Source: Nitrosopumilus sp.
Lineage (GTDB): Archaea; Thermoproteota; Nitrososphaeria; Nitrososphaerales; Nitrosopumilaceae
Length of the DNA: 64,000 nucleotides
Reading direction: 5' to 3'
Assembly (NCBI GenBank): GCA_965206745.1
Contig: OZ242220.1
Span: forward strand, 256,001 to 320,000
The translations under genes were made by a program, and so were the position numbers. Numbering within the stretch: the stretch's first letter is position 1; every line of letters begins with the position of its first letter. The notes under the pieces are model-generated. The model searched no databases, was not told the origin of the DNA, and saw nothing but the letters and a program-made list of their open reading frames with translations. Positions 20,253-30,842 of the stretch are shown here, piece after piece.

Positions 20253-20804
20253 TTACCCTCGTAAGTTTACAAAGTCGGTATTTCCAAAGTTTGCGGAGAT
20301 CTTTCTCTCGTCAATCCATGCACAATCGGTGCATTTTATCGCATCGCGCATTGGAACTACCTTGCCTCCGCATTTTCTGCACTTGGTAAACAGAATTCCC
20401 AAACTTGGCTCGCTGATTCCTGCATGGATGGTACCGTTAAGATGGTTAAGGATTTTTAATGTGACAATGTCGTTAACCAGTGCGACATTTCTTATTCTCA
20501 AATTCCGTGTCCCACAGATACACTCCACCTTGGATGTCGTCGGCTTTCCATTAATGTAATCAATGGAGACTGCAATCATGGATGACATTACTGCTGCAAC
20601 TGTCCCGATAATCACGTCTCCGACCTTGGGTATTGATAGAAGTTTTGGATGCTTTACGTTGACAGTCCGTGATACCTTGTCAACATCCTTCTCCCCGATG
20701 GTGGCTGCCCTGACCATGTCCCCGTCATCAAAGGCGTTGTTTCCTGCCTCATACTCCTCAATGGCCGCTATTTTGTCGCCTGGAAATATTGCATTTTCTG
20801 ACAT
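20253..20804 (-). CDS. csl4: exosome RNA-binding protein Csl4
   Basis: FPGD..EEY, S1 domain, CRKCG..CTDC..ERK zinc ribbon; ATG at 20804. Confidence 0.9.
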   Translation of the reverse strand: MSENAIFPGDKIAAIEEYEAGNNAFDDGDMVRAATIGEKDVDKVSRTVNVKHPKLLSIPKVGDVIIGTVAAVMSSMIAVSIDYINGKPTTSKVECICGTRNLRIRNVALVNDIVTLKILNHLNGTIHAGISEPSLGILFTKCRKCGGKVVPMRDAIKCTDCAWIDERKISANFGNTDFVNLRG

Positions 20805-20892
20805 GCTGGGAATTTTACTTTTATGATTATAATTGTTTGTGGTTTGGCAGGACCCTGATAAATCATATATCTTTAGAAAACTGGTGAAAACC

Positions 20893-21969
20893 ATGAGGGC
20901 TCTGGTATATGAGAGGTATGCTGATGGGGATGATTTTTCCAAAATACTGCAAATTAAGGAGATTCCAATGCCTGTACCAAAATCCGATGAGGTTGTAATC
21001 AAGGTGGAGACTGCCGCATTAAACTATGATGATATCTGGGCAATGAGGGGCAAGCCGCTGGAAATCCCGTTGCCTCATATCTCTGGCACCGATGCTGCCG
21101 GCGCAGTTACGGCAGTTGGAAGTGATGTGAAGAACATCAAGGTTGGTGACAGGGTTGTCTCACATGGAAATATGTCCTGCAGGGTCTGCAAGGCATGTAC
21201 TGGTGGCAGGGAGTTTGATTGCAGAAGACGAGTCATCTGGGGCTTTCAAACAGGTCCGCTTTGGGGAGGCTATTGTGAGTTTACGCATCTTCCAGAAGTC
21301 AACGTCGTGAAAATTCCAGAGGGAGTCTCATATGATCAAGCTGCCGCTGCATCGATGACTCTGTTGACATCGTGGCACATGCTGATTGGCAGGGCAAAAA
21401 TTCAGCCCGGACAGATAGTTCTGATAATGGGCGGCAGTTCAGGTGTTGGAAATTATGGGATTCAGATTGCAAAACTGTTTGGATGCACCGTAATTGCCAC
21501 TGCAAGTCCTGACAAGTTAGAGAAGCTGTTGGAACTGGGGGCGGATTTTGCAGTTGACCATAGAAAGGAGGACTGGCACAAGGAAGTAAGATCAATTGCA
21601 AAAAAAATTCCCAAACCATCGGGGGACGTTCCCGGTGTGGATGTAATTTTTGAACACATCGGAGGCTCGCATTGGAATAAAGAGCTGACACTGCTAAACT
21701 ATGGCGGAACAATTGTCACTACCGGCGCCACCACGGGATACAATGCCAAGACTGATCTGCGTCACATCTTTTTTAAGGGGATAAACATACTGGGTTCCAC
21801 GCAAGGAACGCGGGCCGAATTGGAACAGGGACTCTATTGGATGTCGCAGGGCAGAATCAAGTCTGTCATTGATTCGGTATACCCGCTAGAGGATGCCGCC
21901 GAAGCTCACACAAGGATGCTCAAGGGCAAAGGCCTCTTTGGAAAAATCCTAATCAAGCCAGGATCTTGA
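20893..21969 (+). CDS. zinc-binding (MDR) dehydrogenase/reductase
   Basis: PHISGTDAAG, CRVCKAC..G...C, GGSSGVG, GKILI. Confidence 0.9.
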   Translation: MRALVYERYADGDDFSKILQIKEIPMPVPKSDEVVIKVETAALNYDDIWAMRGKPLEIPLPHISGTDAAGAVTAVGSDVKNIKVGDRVVSHGNMSCRVCKACTGGREFDCRRRVIWGFQTGPLWGGYCEFTHLPEVNVVKIPEGVSYDQAAAASMTLLTSWHMLIGRAKIQPGQIVLIMGGSSGVGNYGIQIAKLFGCTVIATASPDKLEKLLELGADFAVDHRKEDWHKEVRSIAKKIPKPSGDVPGVDVIFEHIGGSHWNKELTLLNYGGTIVTTGATTGYNAKTDLRHIFFKGINILGSTQGTRAELEQGLYWMSQGRIKSVIDSVYPLEDAAEAHTRMLKGKGLFGKILIKPGS

Positions 21970-21973
21970 TGAT

Positions 21974-22573
21974 ATGAACAATCCAAAGACAGATTCCATT
22001 CTAGATGAGGGCAATAGGCTGTTCTTGGCAGGCAAGCTGCGTGAGGCCATCTCATACTATGACAAGGTTCTCGATGAGGACCCCAAGCACGTGGGCGCCC
22101 TTAACAACAAGGGATACGCCCTGAGCAAGCTAAAGGACTTTGATAGTGCAATAGAATGCTATGATGCCGCATTGCAGGGCTCCCCAGATGATCTTTCATT
22201 GCTAGTTAACAAAATCTCGTCATTTCGCAAGCAGGAGAGGTTTGCCGATGCACTCTCAATGTGCAACAGCATACTGGATGGGAATTCAAAGTACAACATT
22301 GCACTATACCACAAGGAGCGAATCTTATCCTCAATGGGGGATTATGAAGAATCCATCAGGTGCTGCAACCAAATTTTGGATGCCTATCCCGAGAACGGGG
22401 ATGTCCTGTTTGACAAATCCTGCAGCCTTGCAATGCTGTCCAAAAATGACGATGCGCTGGATTTGCTCAAACTCGCCATCTCCCAAGGGACACAATACAA
22501 GACCAAAGCCAAAAAATCGAGAATATTTGCAAGACTCTCCGATGATGCACGATTCAAAAAATTAGTTTTGTAA
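21974..22573 (+). CDS. tetratricopeptide repeat protein
   Basis: A...YDKVL..DP....ALNNKGYAL type repeats. Confidence 0.88.
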   Translation: MNNPKTDSILDEGNRLFLAGKLREAISYYDKVLDEDPKHVGALNNKGYALSKLKDFDSAIECYDAALQGSPDDLSLLVNKISSFRKQERFADALSMCNSILDGNSKYNIALYHKERILSSMGDYEESIRCCNQILDAYPENGDVLFDKSCSLAMLSKNDDALDLLKLAISQGTQYKTKAKKSRIFARLSDDARFKKLVL

Positions 22574-23569
22574 CTATAGCCAATGGGGGATTTCCAGGTA
22601 CTCGTCAATGCTCTCTTTTCGTAAAACCTTGAGAAGTGCATTGGCCTGGGGGGTAGACAGTACTGGCTTGTCAAACTGGTTGTCAGTAGAAATTCTTGGG
22701 CATGCAACCTGGACAAACGCGTCAATTCCCCTAAGATTGTTTAATCGCTCGTTTGTAATGTCTGTAAGTGCAAACAGCTGGACTGATTTCCCTTCCTTCT
22801 CCAGCTCTTTTTTGAACTTTAGGCCAAACACCTTTGAGAGCTGTCCCTCCTTTAACCCGATGATTATCCCAAATGATTTTGCCTCTGCAGCTTTGAATAT
22901 TGCCAGGGTTGCCTTCTTTTTTAGCGTACGCGCAAACTCTGTTATCTCCCTTACTTCATTAAAATACGGATCCAAAACAAATGTTGGCAAATTCGTCGAT
23001 AATGCGATTCCTGCCGCATGAAAGTTGCTCTGTCCCAAAAACACATAGGCATCAACCTCTTTTTTTAACTCTGTTGCAGGATAAAACTCACAGCCAAACA
23101 CTTGGCCGTCGTTTAACTGCCCCTTTCCCTTTCCGATCCGCACTGTAATCCCGTTTTCTGTCAGAATTTTTTCAACCCCATCTATTTGATGCAGGTGCTG
23201 GCTGTCTGTAACCAGTGAAATTACTTTGCCCCTTAGGATCTCTGTGCACTTTTCTGCAACACCGTCAAACTTTACGTCATCAAAGGCATCAATTAAAACC
23301 AAATTTTTCTCCAATGACTCTGTGTTAATCGTGTGTCCAATGTTGAATTGAATCTCGGCCCCCAGTATCTTTGAACCAGTCGTGTTCAGATCACAGGTTC
23401 CCCACGTGGTATCTGCCAAAACATATGCCGGTATCTCATACTTTTTTGAAATTTTAACTGCCATATCCTGAACCTGGGGCAGCATGCCATCTGGGCCATT
23501 TAGTGAAACAGAAGCCGGTCTCTTCTCATCTATCTCTTTGAAAATTCTTGCCTCATCTATTATGATCAA
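22574..23569 (-). CDS. dph2: diphthamide biosynthesis enzyme Dph2
   Basis: WGTCD, GQVFGC, FH, KEGQ, ACPRI Fe-S cysteines. Confidence 0.93.
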   Translation of the reverse strand: MIIIDEARIFKEIDEKRPASVSLNGPDGMLPQVQDMAVKISKKYEIPAYVLADTTWGTCDLNTTGSKILGAEIQFNIGHTINTESLEKNLVLIDAFDDVKFDGVAEKCTEILRGKVISLVTDSQHLHQIDGVEKILTENGITVRIGKGKGQLNDGQVFGCEFYPATELKKEVDAYVFLGQSNFHAAGIALSTNLPTFVLDPYFNEVREITEFARTLKKKATLAIFKAAEAKSFGIIIGLKEGQLSKVFGLKFKKELEKEGKSVQLFALTDITNERLNNLRGIDAFVQVACPRISTDNQFDKPVLSTPQANALLKVLRKESIDEYLEIPHWL

Positions 23570-23612
23570 TTCAGCTTCGAGTGTCGTATTATTAATTTAA
23601 ATCAACTGAGGC

Positions 23613-24980
23613 TTGCAACAACTAAAAATGCCTGATCGTGTAAAACAAGTCGTGGAAAAGGAGACTGTGCTTTATGTGGGGTTTGATGACACTGATTCCC
23701 CTAAAGGAATGTGTACCACCTTCTTGGCGTACAAGATTGTTGACTCGCTCCAAAAGCAAAAGACGGAATTTCTGGATTTTCCACGGCTAATTCGATTCAA
23801 CCCCAACATTCCATGGAAGACTAGGGGAAACGGGGCTGTCTCCTTCAAAATAAAGACAAAGAGTCCGTCGAAAATAAAAGATCAGATCAAAAGCCTTGTT
23901 CAGAGATACTCTGATACTGAAAATGGCGCCAATCCCGGACTGGTATTTTTTGAAAGCGACAGTATTCCCCCCGAGTTTGTCAAGTTCAGCAAGCTGGCCC
24001 TGTGGCAGTTAATTAATCGTAACAGTGCAAAGATATTTGCCAAAAAAAACAATCTCGAGGTTCACTATCAGGGAAACGGCCAAGGATTAATTGGTGCAAT
24101 CGGCGCAATTGGCTATGACTTTGATGATCACACGTTGGAGCTCTTGAGTTACCGCAAGAGATCAGAATTTGGAAAAGAGAGAAAGATTTCTGCCAAAAGT
24201 GTAGAGTCTATGCAGGAAAAGACTTCTCCCAACACGTTTAACAGCTTTGATACAAGAAAGGGCAGAGTTTTAATCACTCCGCACGGACCTGATCCTGTTT
24301 TTTACGGGGTCAGGGGTGAGAATGTGGATTCTTTGATTCATGCCACCAAGATTCTCAAAACGACTGAAAAGCTAGACGGATACATGATCTTCAAATCAAA
24401 CCAGGGAACCGGTGATCATCTGAGAAATGAACTGACTCCTGAAAATATGAGGCCTTATGCCTCTGGAAAAATTTCAGGTACCGTATCAGATACGCCAAGG
24501 GTTGCAAAGGGAGGCCACGTATTTTTTAAAATTCTTTCTCAGAATCATGAATTTTGGTGTGCCGTCTACAAGCCGACTGGCATGACTGCCGTCGCGTCAA
24601 ATTTGCTGCAAGGGGATAAAATCAGCGCCGGCGGGGGAGTTAGAAAGGCATCCAAAAATTTCCCACGCATAGTCAATCTTGAATTCATTGATGTTATCTC
24701 ACTTGAAAAAAACATCGTCCTCTCAAACCCACAATGCAAAAGATGTCGCAAGAAAATGAAATCCAAGGGAGTCAATCAGGGATTTGAGTGCATTCGCTGC
24801 GGGAGGAGATCCTTGAAGAAGATACCTGCTGAAATTTCAAGGGACATCAAAAAACAACTCTATCTTCCGGCAGTCTCTGCCCACAGGCATCTGAGCAGGC
24901 CCTTGCAGAGGATTGGAATGGCCAACAAACCCTCAAAATTTGACGAGTCCCTTTCATGGTTTCGTGTTTATGGGAAATAG
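23613..24980 (+). CDS. tiaS: tRNA(Ile2) agmatidine synthetase
   Basis: GFDDTDS..GMCTT, NPNIPWKTRGNGA, PHGPDPVFYGVRG, SNQGT, Zn ribbon, HRHLSRP; true start may be slightly downstream. Confidence 0.93.
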   Translation: MQQLKMPDRVKQVVEKETVLYVGFDDTDSPKGMCTTFLAYKIVDSLQKQKTEFLDFPRLIRFNPNIPWKTRGNGAVSFKIKTKSPSKIKDQIKSLVQRYSDTENGANPGLVFFESDSIPPEFVKFSKLALWQLINRNSAKIFAKKNNLEVHYQGNGQGLIGAIGAIGYDFDDHTLELLSYRKRSEFGKERKISAKSVESMQEKTSPNTFNSFDTRKGRVLITPHGPDPVFYGVRGENVDSLIHATKILKTTEKLDGYMIFKSNQGTGDHLRNELTPENMRPYASGKISGTVSDTPRVAKGGHVFFKILSQNHEFWCAVYKPTGMTAVASNLLQGDKISAGGGVRKASKNFPRIVNLEFIDVISLEKNIVLSNPQCKRCRKKMKSKGVNQGFECIRCGRRSLKKIPAEISRDIKKQLYLPAVSAHRHLSRPLQRIGMANKPSKFDESLSWFRVYGK

Positions 24981-24981
24981 G

Positions 24982-25056
24982 TAGCGGGGAGTAGATTTGA
25001 ACTACTGAACTGCGGGTTATGAGCCCGCCGGGATGACCTGGCTTCCCCACCCCGCT
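24982..25056 (-). tRNA. initiator tRNA-Met (CAT)
   Basis: AGCGGGG...CCCCGCT-A acceptor (A1-U72), GCGGG-CTCATAA-CCCGC anticodon arm with three G-C pairs, TTCAAAT T-loop. Confidence 0.95.
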
Positions 25057-25138
25057 GAACATAAATGAAGTCGAGCCGTATATACGCTTTATCAAATCCT
25101 TGAAAGTAATTAATAGGATTTGCCGGCCTCTTGTTTTC

Positions 25139-26230
25139 ATGGATAAAAAAATTCAGGTCGCTGTAATTGTTGTTGCCATTGCATTTTCGGCATTGGTTTT
25201 GACATCCCCAAATGATCCCATTCCATTGCCTAACACGGATCCTGATTTTAAAAATGACTTTGTAACCATATTGGCTGAAAATCTAGACAAGCCAAGAGCT
25301 ATGGCCATCTCCGGTGATAGGATTTTTGTCACTGAAAAAGACGGGATGATTAGAGTGATTCAGAATAACACCCTGCTGGAATCACCACTAGCTACATTGC
25401 GCGGTGCCGACGTCTTTGATGGCGGATTATTGGGAATTGCACTGCACCCGAACTTTTCTTCCAACCACTACCTGTATGTGTTTTTGACATATGATGAGAA
25501 TGGAAATTTATGGAACAAGATTATAAGAATTACTGAATCAGGGAACAAGCTGCAAAGTGCAGAAGTTATTTTAGACAGGATCCCCGGCTCTTCATTTACA
25601 AATGGCGGCTTTGTTAAATTTGGACCTGACGAAAAACTATACGTGGGTACCGGCACGATCTCTGATGCGTCACACCTGCCACAGGATCTTGACTCCCTGT
25701 CTGGAAAAATTTTGAGACTAAATGATGATGGCACTATTCCTGAGGACAACCCGTTTGCCGACTCTCCAGTCTATTCACTAGGACACAGAAATCCACAAGG
25801 AATGACCTGGGATGATGATGGAAACCTGTTTGTTGCAGAGTTTGGACCGGAAAAAAATGACGAGATCAATCTGATTCAAGCGGGGAAAAACTACGGATGG
25901 CCCCAACAAGAATGCTCCGGCAATGCAAGCTTTGAGGATGCCATAACCTGCTATGATCCAAGTATAGAACCTGGAGGCATCCTGTTTTATTCCGGGGACA
26001 CCTTGGATTTTGAATCCCCGTTCATCATGACTTCCATGAGGGCTGCAAATCTCTACCAGGTGGATTTTGAGGAAGGCCTGAGTTCACAAAAATCAATCCT
26101 TAGCGGGATTGGTCGTATACGTGACGTGGTAGAAGGCCCTGACGGCAGTCTTTATGTAATCACTTCAAATACCGATGGAAAAGGTTTTCCAGACAGTACA
26201 GATGACAAACTATTGAGGATATTGAAATAA
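25139..26230 (+). CDS. PQQ-dependent sugar dehydrogenase family beta-propeller
   Basis: GLLGIALHPNF, FGPD.KLY, GKILR...DG.IP.DNP, GHRNPQG, DEIN, NYGWP. Confidence 0.9.
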   Translation: MDKKIQVAVIVVAIAFSALVLTSPNDPIPLPNTDPDFKNDFVTILAENLDKPRAMAISGDRIFVTEKDGMIRVIQNNTLLESPLATLRGADVFDGGLLGIALHPNFSSNHYLYVFLTYDENGNLWNKIIRITESGNKLQSAEVILDRIPGSSFTNGGFVKFGPDEKLYVGTGTISDASHLPQDLDSLSGKILRLNDDGTIPEDNPFADSPVYSLGHRNPQGMTWDDDGNLFVAEFGPEKNDEINLIQAGKNYGWPQQECSGNASFEDAITCYDPSIEPGGILFYSGDTLDFESPFIMTSMRAANLYQVDFEEGLSSQKSILSGIGRIRDVVEGPDGSLYVITSNTDGKGFPDSTDDKLLRILK

Positions 26231-26231
26231 A

Positions 26232-27488
26232 ATGAGTGATTCGTCAATCCCAAAATTCTTTGAAAAATCCAGAAAAGAGAGGCTGGATGTCGTTGCCAAT
26301 TTTGCAAACCTGTCAGATGAGGAGTTGGAAACTTTGCAAAACGATAACGGGGGAATCTCTTTTCAAAAGGCCGACAAAATGGTTGAAAATGCAATTGGAA
26401 CCTTTTCACTGCCGCTAGGAATTGCCACCAATTTTAAGATTAACGGCAAAGACTATCTTGTACCGATGGTTATTGAAGAGCCATCCGTAATAGCTGCCGC
26501 ATCAAAGGGGGCTAAAATTGCACGGATTAAGGGCGGATTTGAGGTGTCAGCAGACGAATCTTTTAGCATCGGACAGATACAAGTCTTGGATGCTGACATT
26601 GCATCATCTGCATCCAAACTAAGGGATGCCGCAGATCAAATTATCGGACTGGCAAACTCAAAGAGCAACACTCTGTCTAAAATGGGTAAGGGTGCAAAGG
26701 AGATCTCATGCAAAGAGATCGATACTCACTCTGGAAAAATGCTGATTGTCGAGCTGCTCGTTGATGTGGGTGATGCCATGGGTGCCAATGTGACAAACAC
26801 AATGTGCGAGGCAGTCTCACCCTTGATTGAAAAGATTACCGGTGGCAGGGCACTGTTGAGGATACTATCGAATTACTCCACAAGAAGAATGGTCAGAGCA
26901 AAAGCGGTCTTTGAGAAGGATGCAGTCGGAGGAGAGCAGGTAGTAGATGACATTGTTTCCGCATTTGAGTTTGCCGACAATGACGTGTATCGGGCAGTCA
27001 CTCATAACAAAGGCATCATGAACGGTACTGTTGCAGTTGCAAATGCCATGGGCCAGGACAGTAGAGCAATAGAGGCTGCGGCAAATGCATATGCGGCACA
27101 AACCGGAAGATACCGCTCCCTAAGCAGGTGGAGCAAGGATGATCAGGGGAATCTGGTCGGAACCCTGCAGATGCCCCTCTCCGTAGGCATCGTAGGCGGA
27201 ATTGCAAATGTTCATCCGGTAGCCAAGGTCTGCGCAAAAATTCTGGGGGCAACATCTGCACAAGAACTTGCATGTGTGATGACTGCCGTGGGATTGGCCC
27301 AAAATTATAGTGCAATCGTGGCTCTTGCCACTGACGGGATCCAAAAAGGGCACATGCGCCTTCATGCAAGGAATCTGGCAGCAGCCGCAGGCGCCACACC
27401 TGATCAGACTGACAAAATCGTCCAAAAAATGATCGAAGAAAAGAGAATTTCACTTGATAGGGCAAAAGAGCTGCTTGGGCAAATTTAA
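26232..27488 (+). CDS. hydroxymethylglutaryl-CoA reductase, class II
   Basis: ENAIG, EEPSVIAA, DAMGAN, RILSN, THNKGIMNG, GIQKGHMRLH. Confidence 0.95.
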   Translation: MSDSSIPKFFEKSRKERLDVVANFANLSDEELETLQNDNGGISFQKADKMVENAIGTFSLPLGIATNFKINGKDYLVPMVIEEPSVIAAASKGAKIARIKGGFEVSADESFSIGQIQVLDADIASSASKLRDAADQIIGLANSKSNTLSKMGKGAKEISCKEIDTHSGKMLIVELLVDVGDAMGANVTNTMCEAVSPLIEKITGGRALLRILSNYSTRRMVRAKAVFEKDAVGGEQVVDDIVSAFEFADNDVYRAVTHNKGIMNGTVAVANAMGQDSRAIEAAANAYAAQTGRYRSLSRWSKDDQGNLVGTLQMPLSVGIVGGIANVHPVAKVCAKILGATSAQELACVMTAVGLAQNYSAIVALATDGIQKGHMRLHARNLAAAAGATPDQTDKIVQKMIEEKRISLDRAKELLGQI

Positions 27489-27526
27489 ACATGCGATTAT
27501 ATACCTAAAAAGTGAAAAAATTAAAA

Positions 27527-28504
27527 ATGTCCGAAGTAAAATTTGCTATACCCAAAGGAAGTCTGGAGGAGGCCACTTTCAAACTATTAGAGAGGTCTTG
27601 GACCAGGGTAAACCGAAAAAGCAGAACATATCGAGTATACCTGGATGATCCAAGCATCGTTGTCAAGATGCTTCGGCCTCAGGAAATTCCCACCCTGGTA
27701 TCTGAAGGACTGTATGACGTGGGAATCACCGGAAAGGACTGGGTGGGGGAGACAAATTCGGATGTCGAGCAGATTTTGGATTTGGAATATGGAAAAATCA
27801 GACTGGTGATTGCGTTTCCTGACAAATATCGCTACAAGAATCTTGATGAAATGATTGCAGATTATGGCAAAAAGAAAAAGACACTCAGGATTTCATCTGA
27901 ATATCTTACAACTGCATCAAAGTTTCTAAAACAATCAAAGTCTTACAAAAAATACCACGGCTCAAAGGATCCGCTAATTGTCACCCCCTGGGTCAGGTTG
28001 GGAAACAACAAAAGCGTTCAAATTCACCTGTCCTTTGGCGCTACAGAGGCCAAACCGCCTGACGATGTGGATGCAATCATGGATGTAACCGAGACTGGGA
28101 CAACGCTGAAACAAAACAAGCTCAAGATTGTAGATGAGGTACTGACCTCGACTGCACACTTGATTGTGAATAAGCAGTCACTAAAGGATCCCAAAAAGCG
28201 CGAGAAGATATTTGACATCGTGACGTTGATGAGAGGTGCGGTTCGTGGCAGGAAGTTCTTGCACATTTACCTAAATGTTGAAGAAAAAAACCTGAAAAAA
28301 CTTTTGGCACAGATGCCGTCACTAAAAAAGCCCACAGTCAGTCCGCTAAGTGACAAGGGATGGTTTGGCGTAAACACGGTGATTCAAAAGGAGGAATTCC
28401 ACAAGCTCATTCCCAAGTTGAGGAAGATTGCCCAGGGTCTTGTAGTCCATGAACCTAGGCAGATACTCGAACTTGAGGAGATAAAACGTGACGAAGAGAA
28501 TTGA
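27527..28504 (+). CDS. hisG: ATP phosphoribosyltransferase
   Basis: AIPKGSL, RPQEIP, GITGKDW, SFGATE, DVTETGTTL. Confidence 0.95.
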   Translation: MSEVKFAIPKGSLEEATFKLLERSWTRVNRKSRTYRVYLDDPSIVVKMLRPQEIPTLVSEGLYDVGITGKDWVGETNSDVEQILDLEYGKIRLVIAFPDKYRYKNLDEMIADYGKKKKTLRISSEYLTTASKFLKQSKSYKKYHGSKDPLIVTPWVRLGNNKSVQIHLSFGATEAKPPDDVDAIMDVTETGTTLKQNKLKIVDEVLTSTAHLIVNKQSLKDPKKREKIFDIVTLMRGAVRGRKFLHIYLNVEEKNLKKLLAQMPSLKKPTVSPLSDKGWFGVNTVIQKEEFHKLIPKLRKIAQGLVVHEPRQILELEEIKRDEEN

Positions 28505-29775
28505 TGAGAATAATCAGGGTAACTAATGTTGAGCAGTTTGCAGCCAAAGTACTTCCAAAACAGCCTCAAAATAACAAGACCGTAGTGGAGTCGATCCTAA
28601 AGGATGTAAAAAAAAATGGCGACACTGCAGTTCGCAGATACGAGAAAAAGTTTGGCAAGGCAGACATATCATCGCTGCAACTGACCAGGAGTGAAATAAA
28701 AAATGCATACTCTGAAATATCCAAGGCCGAACTTGCCGCATTGCGCCTTGCCAAGACTCGGCTTGGAAGAACAGAATCCGCAGTCAAGTCACTTCTCAAA
28801 AGTAAGACAACCAACTGTGAGGGGATCAGAATCTCAAAAAAGTTCGTTCCGATTCAGAGTGTCGGATGCTACATTCCTGGCGGCCTGGCAAGATATCCAA
28901 GCTCCGCAGTCATGTCTGTTCTTCCAGCCAAAATTGCAGGAGTCAAAAGAATCGTGGCCGTATCTCCTCCGGACTCTGGCGGAAAAGTCGATCCGTTGAC
29001 AGTGGTTGGCGCTGATATCTGCGGCGCCGATGAGATCTACAGGACAGGCGGCGTGCAGTCCATTGCGGCATTATCCTACGGGACAAAATCCATCCCCCGA
29101 GTTGACAAGATCGTCGGCCCCGGCGGCGCATTTGTTACGACTGCAAAATCACTGGTCAGCAATCAGACAGGAATTGACATGCTTGCAGGTCCGACTGAAC
29201 TGGGAATAATTGCTGACAACTCGGCAGACCCGAGATTCATCGCACTGGATCTGATCTCACAAGCTGAGCACAGCAGTGACACTTTCTGTTACTTGATCAC
29301 CACCTCTGAGAGGCTTGCAACATCAGTCAGGAGGATCGTCTCAGAACTGATTCCCTCAATTCAAAGGGGAAAGATTGTCAAATCCAGCCTTGAGAATAAT
29401 GGATTTATTGGAATATGCAAAAGCAGTTCTGATATGATAAAGCTTGCAAATCTCCTGGCCCCCGAACACCTGCAAATAATGACAAAAAACCCCCAGTCGA
29501 TATCCTCGAAAATATACTCCCCGGGACTCGTCCTGATTGGGGATGACACCCCCTCGTCAGCTAGCGACTATATTCTAGGCTCAAATCATATCCTGCCCAC
29601 CAGCGGATTTGGAAGGATTAGGGGCTCTCTTTCTGTCCTAGACTTTGTCAAGGTAGGCACTGAGATAGTATCATCAAAAAAATCACTATCAAAAATATCA
29701 AAGCACCTCAAAACCTTGGCAGATGCCGAAGGCCTTTCAAACCACTATGAGGCAGTAAGGGGTAGATTGAGTTGA
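28501..29775 (+). CDS. hisD: histidinol dehydrogenase
   Basis: GCYIPGG..YPSS, GIDMLAGPTE, SQAEH, APEHL, GSNHILPT. Confidence 0.95.
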   Translation: MMRIIRVTNVEQFAAKVLPKQPQNNKTVVESILKDVKKNGDTAVRRYEKKFGKADISSLQLTRSEIKNAYSEISKAELAALRLAKTRLGRTESAVKSLLKSKTTNCEGIRISKKFVPIQSVGCYIPGGLARYPSSAVMSVLPAKIAGVKRIVAVSPPDSGGKVDPLTVVGADICGADEIYRTGGVQSIAALSYGTKSIPRVDKIVGPGGAFVTTAKSLVSNQTGIDMLAGPTELGIIADNSADPRFIALDLISQAEHSSDTFCYLITTSERLATSVRRIVSELIPSIQRGKIVKSSLENNGFIGICKSSSDMIKLANLLAPEHLQIMTKNPQSISSKIYSPGLVLIGDDTPSSASDYILGSNHILPTSGFGRIRGSLSVLDFVKVGTEIVSSKKSLSKISKHLKTLADAEGLSNHYEAVRGRLS

Positions 29776-30842
29776 AAAAAAACTGGTTTGAGGACAAAAT
29801 CAAAAGGTTTGATTCTGTAGGTGGATACCAAAAGCCGGAACCCATCCACGACTCGGTAAAGCTTGACTCTAATGAAAACTATGTAATTCCAAAGCAGTTC
29901 CAAAACGACATACTCTCCTCTGCAAAGAAAAACTCAGACATAAGGCAGTACCCTCTTGGCGATGTTGAAAGACTGGTCAGTTCCATATCAAAATTTGTCA
30001 AAGTACCCTCATCGATGATCGGTGTCGGCAACGGCTCTGATCAAATCTTGGACCTGATTCTTTCAAACTTTGCATCAGAGAAGACAAAGATCCTCACCTC
30101 AAACCCCACGTTTGGATTCTTTGAGGAGCGCTGCAAGTTATACGGTATACCATTAATTGCAATCCCATTTTCCAATGAGATGAAGCTGGACATCAAGGAT
30201 CTCATGAAACGATCCAAGGATGCGGATATTTTATACCTGGATTCCCCAAACAACCCGACTGGATTCCAGTTTGCAAAAGGTGAACTGCAAAAACTCGTAA
30301 AATCTTTTGGCGGACCTGTGATAATTGATGAGGCATACGGGGAGTTCAGCGAGTACTCACTCTCAGGCATGGTCAAGACCCAAAGCAACCTGATCGTCAC
30401 TCGGACCCTTTCAAAGTCATTTGGGCTGGCAGGACTGAGACTGGGCTACTTTGTTGCAAGCAAAAAATTCACTGAAACTTTTATGAACGTCTTGCAGTAC
30501 CCATACCCCCTTAGCACCATTACGATTGAATCCGGAATACTGGCTTTGGAGAAACCAAAGCCCGTCAAAGACGCACTTGCCATTGTAAAAACTGAGAGAA
30601 GAAGAATCATTGAAACCCTGCAAAAGTATGATGCCTTTGACGTGTTTGATTCCAAGGCCAATTTTGTGCTTTTTGATGCCCATGGCGCCTACAAGCGTGT
30701 CTATTCTGCACTTGCCGAGCAGGGTATAGCCATTCGCAAACTCGGCAAGATTGGAGATCATGATGGATGCCTCAGAGTAACTATTGGAACAAAAGAAATG
30801 AATTCAAAATTCCTGCTGGCCATTCGTGATTTGTTGGGATGA
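29772..30842 (+). CDS. hisC: histidinol-phosphate aminotransferase
   Basis: LDSNEN, GNGSD, SPNNPTG, DEAY, RTLSKSFGLAGLRLGY. Confidence 0.93.
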   Translation: MKKNWFEDKIKRFDSVGGYQKPEPIHDSVKLDSNENYVIPKQFQNDILSSAKKNSDIRQYPLGDVERLVSSISKFVKVPSSMIGVGNGSDQILDLILSNFASEKTKILTSNPTFGFFEERCKLYGIPLIAIPFSNEMKLDIKDLMKRSKDADILYLDSPNNPTGFQFAKGELQKLVKSFGGPVIIDEAYGEFSEYSLSGMVKTQSNLIVTRTLSKSFGLAGLRLGYFVASKKFTETFMNVLQYPYPLSTITIESGILALEKPKPVKDALAIVKTERRRIIETLQKYDAFDVFDSKANFVLFDAHGAYKRVYSALAEQGIAIRKLGKIGDHDGCLRVTIGTKEMNSKFLLAIRDLLG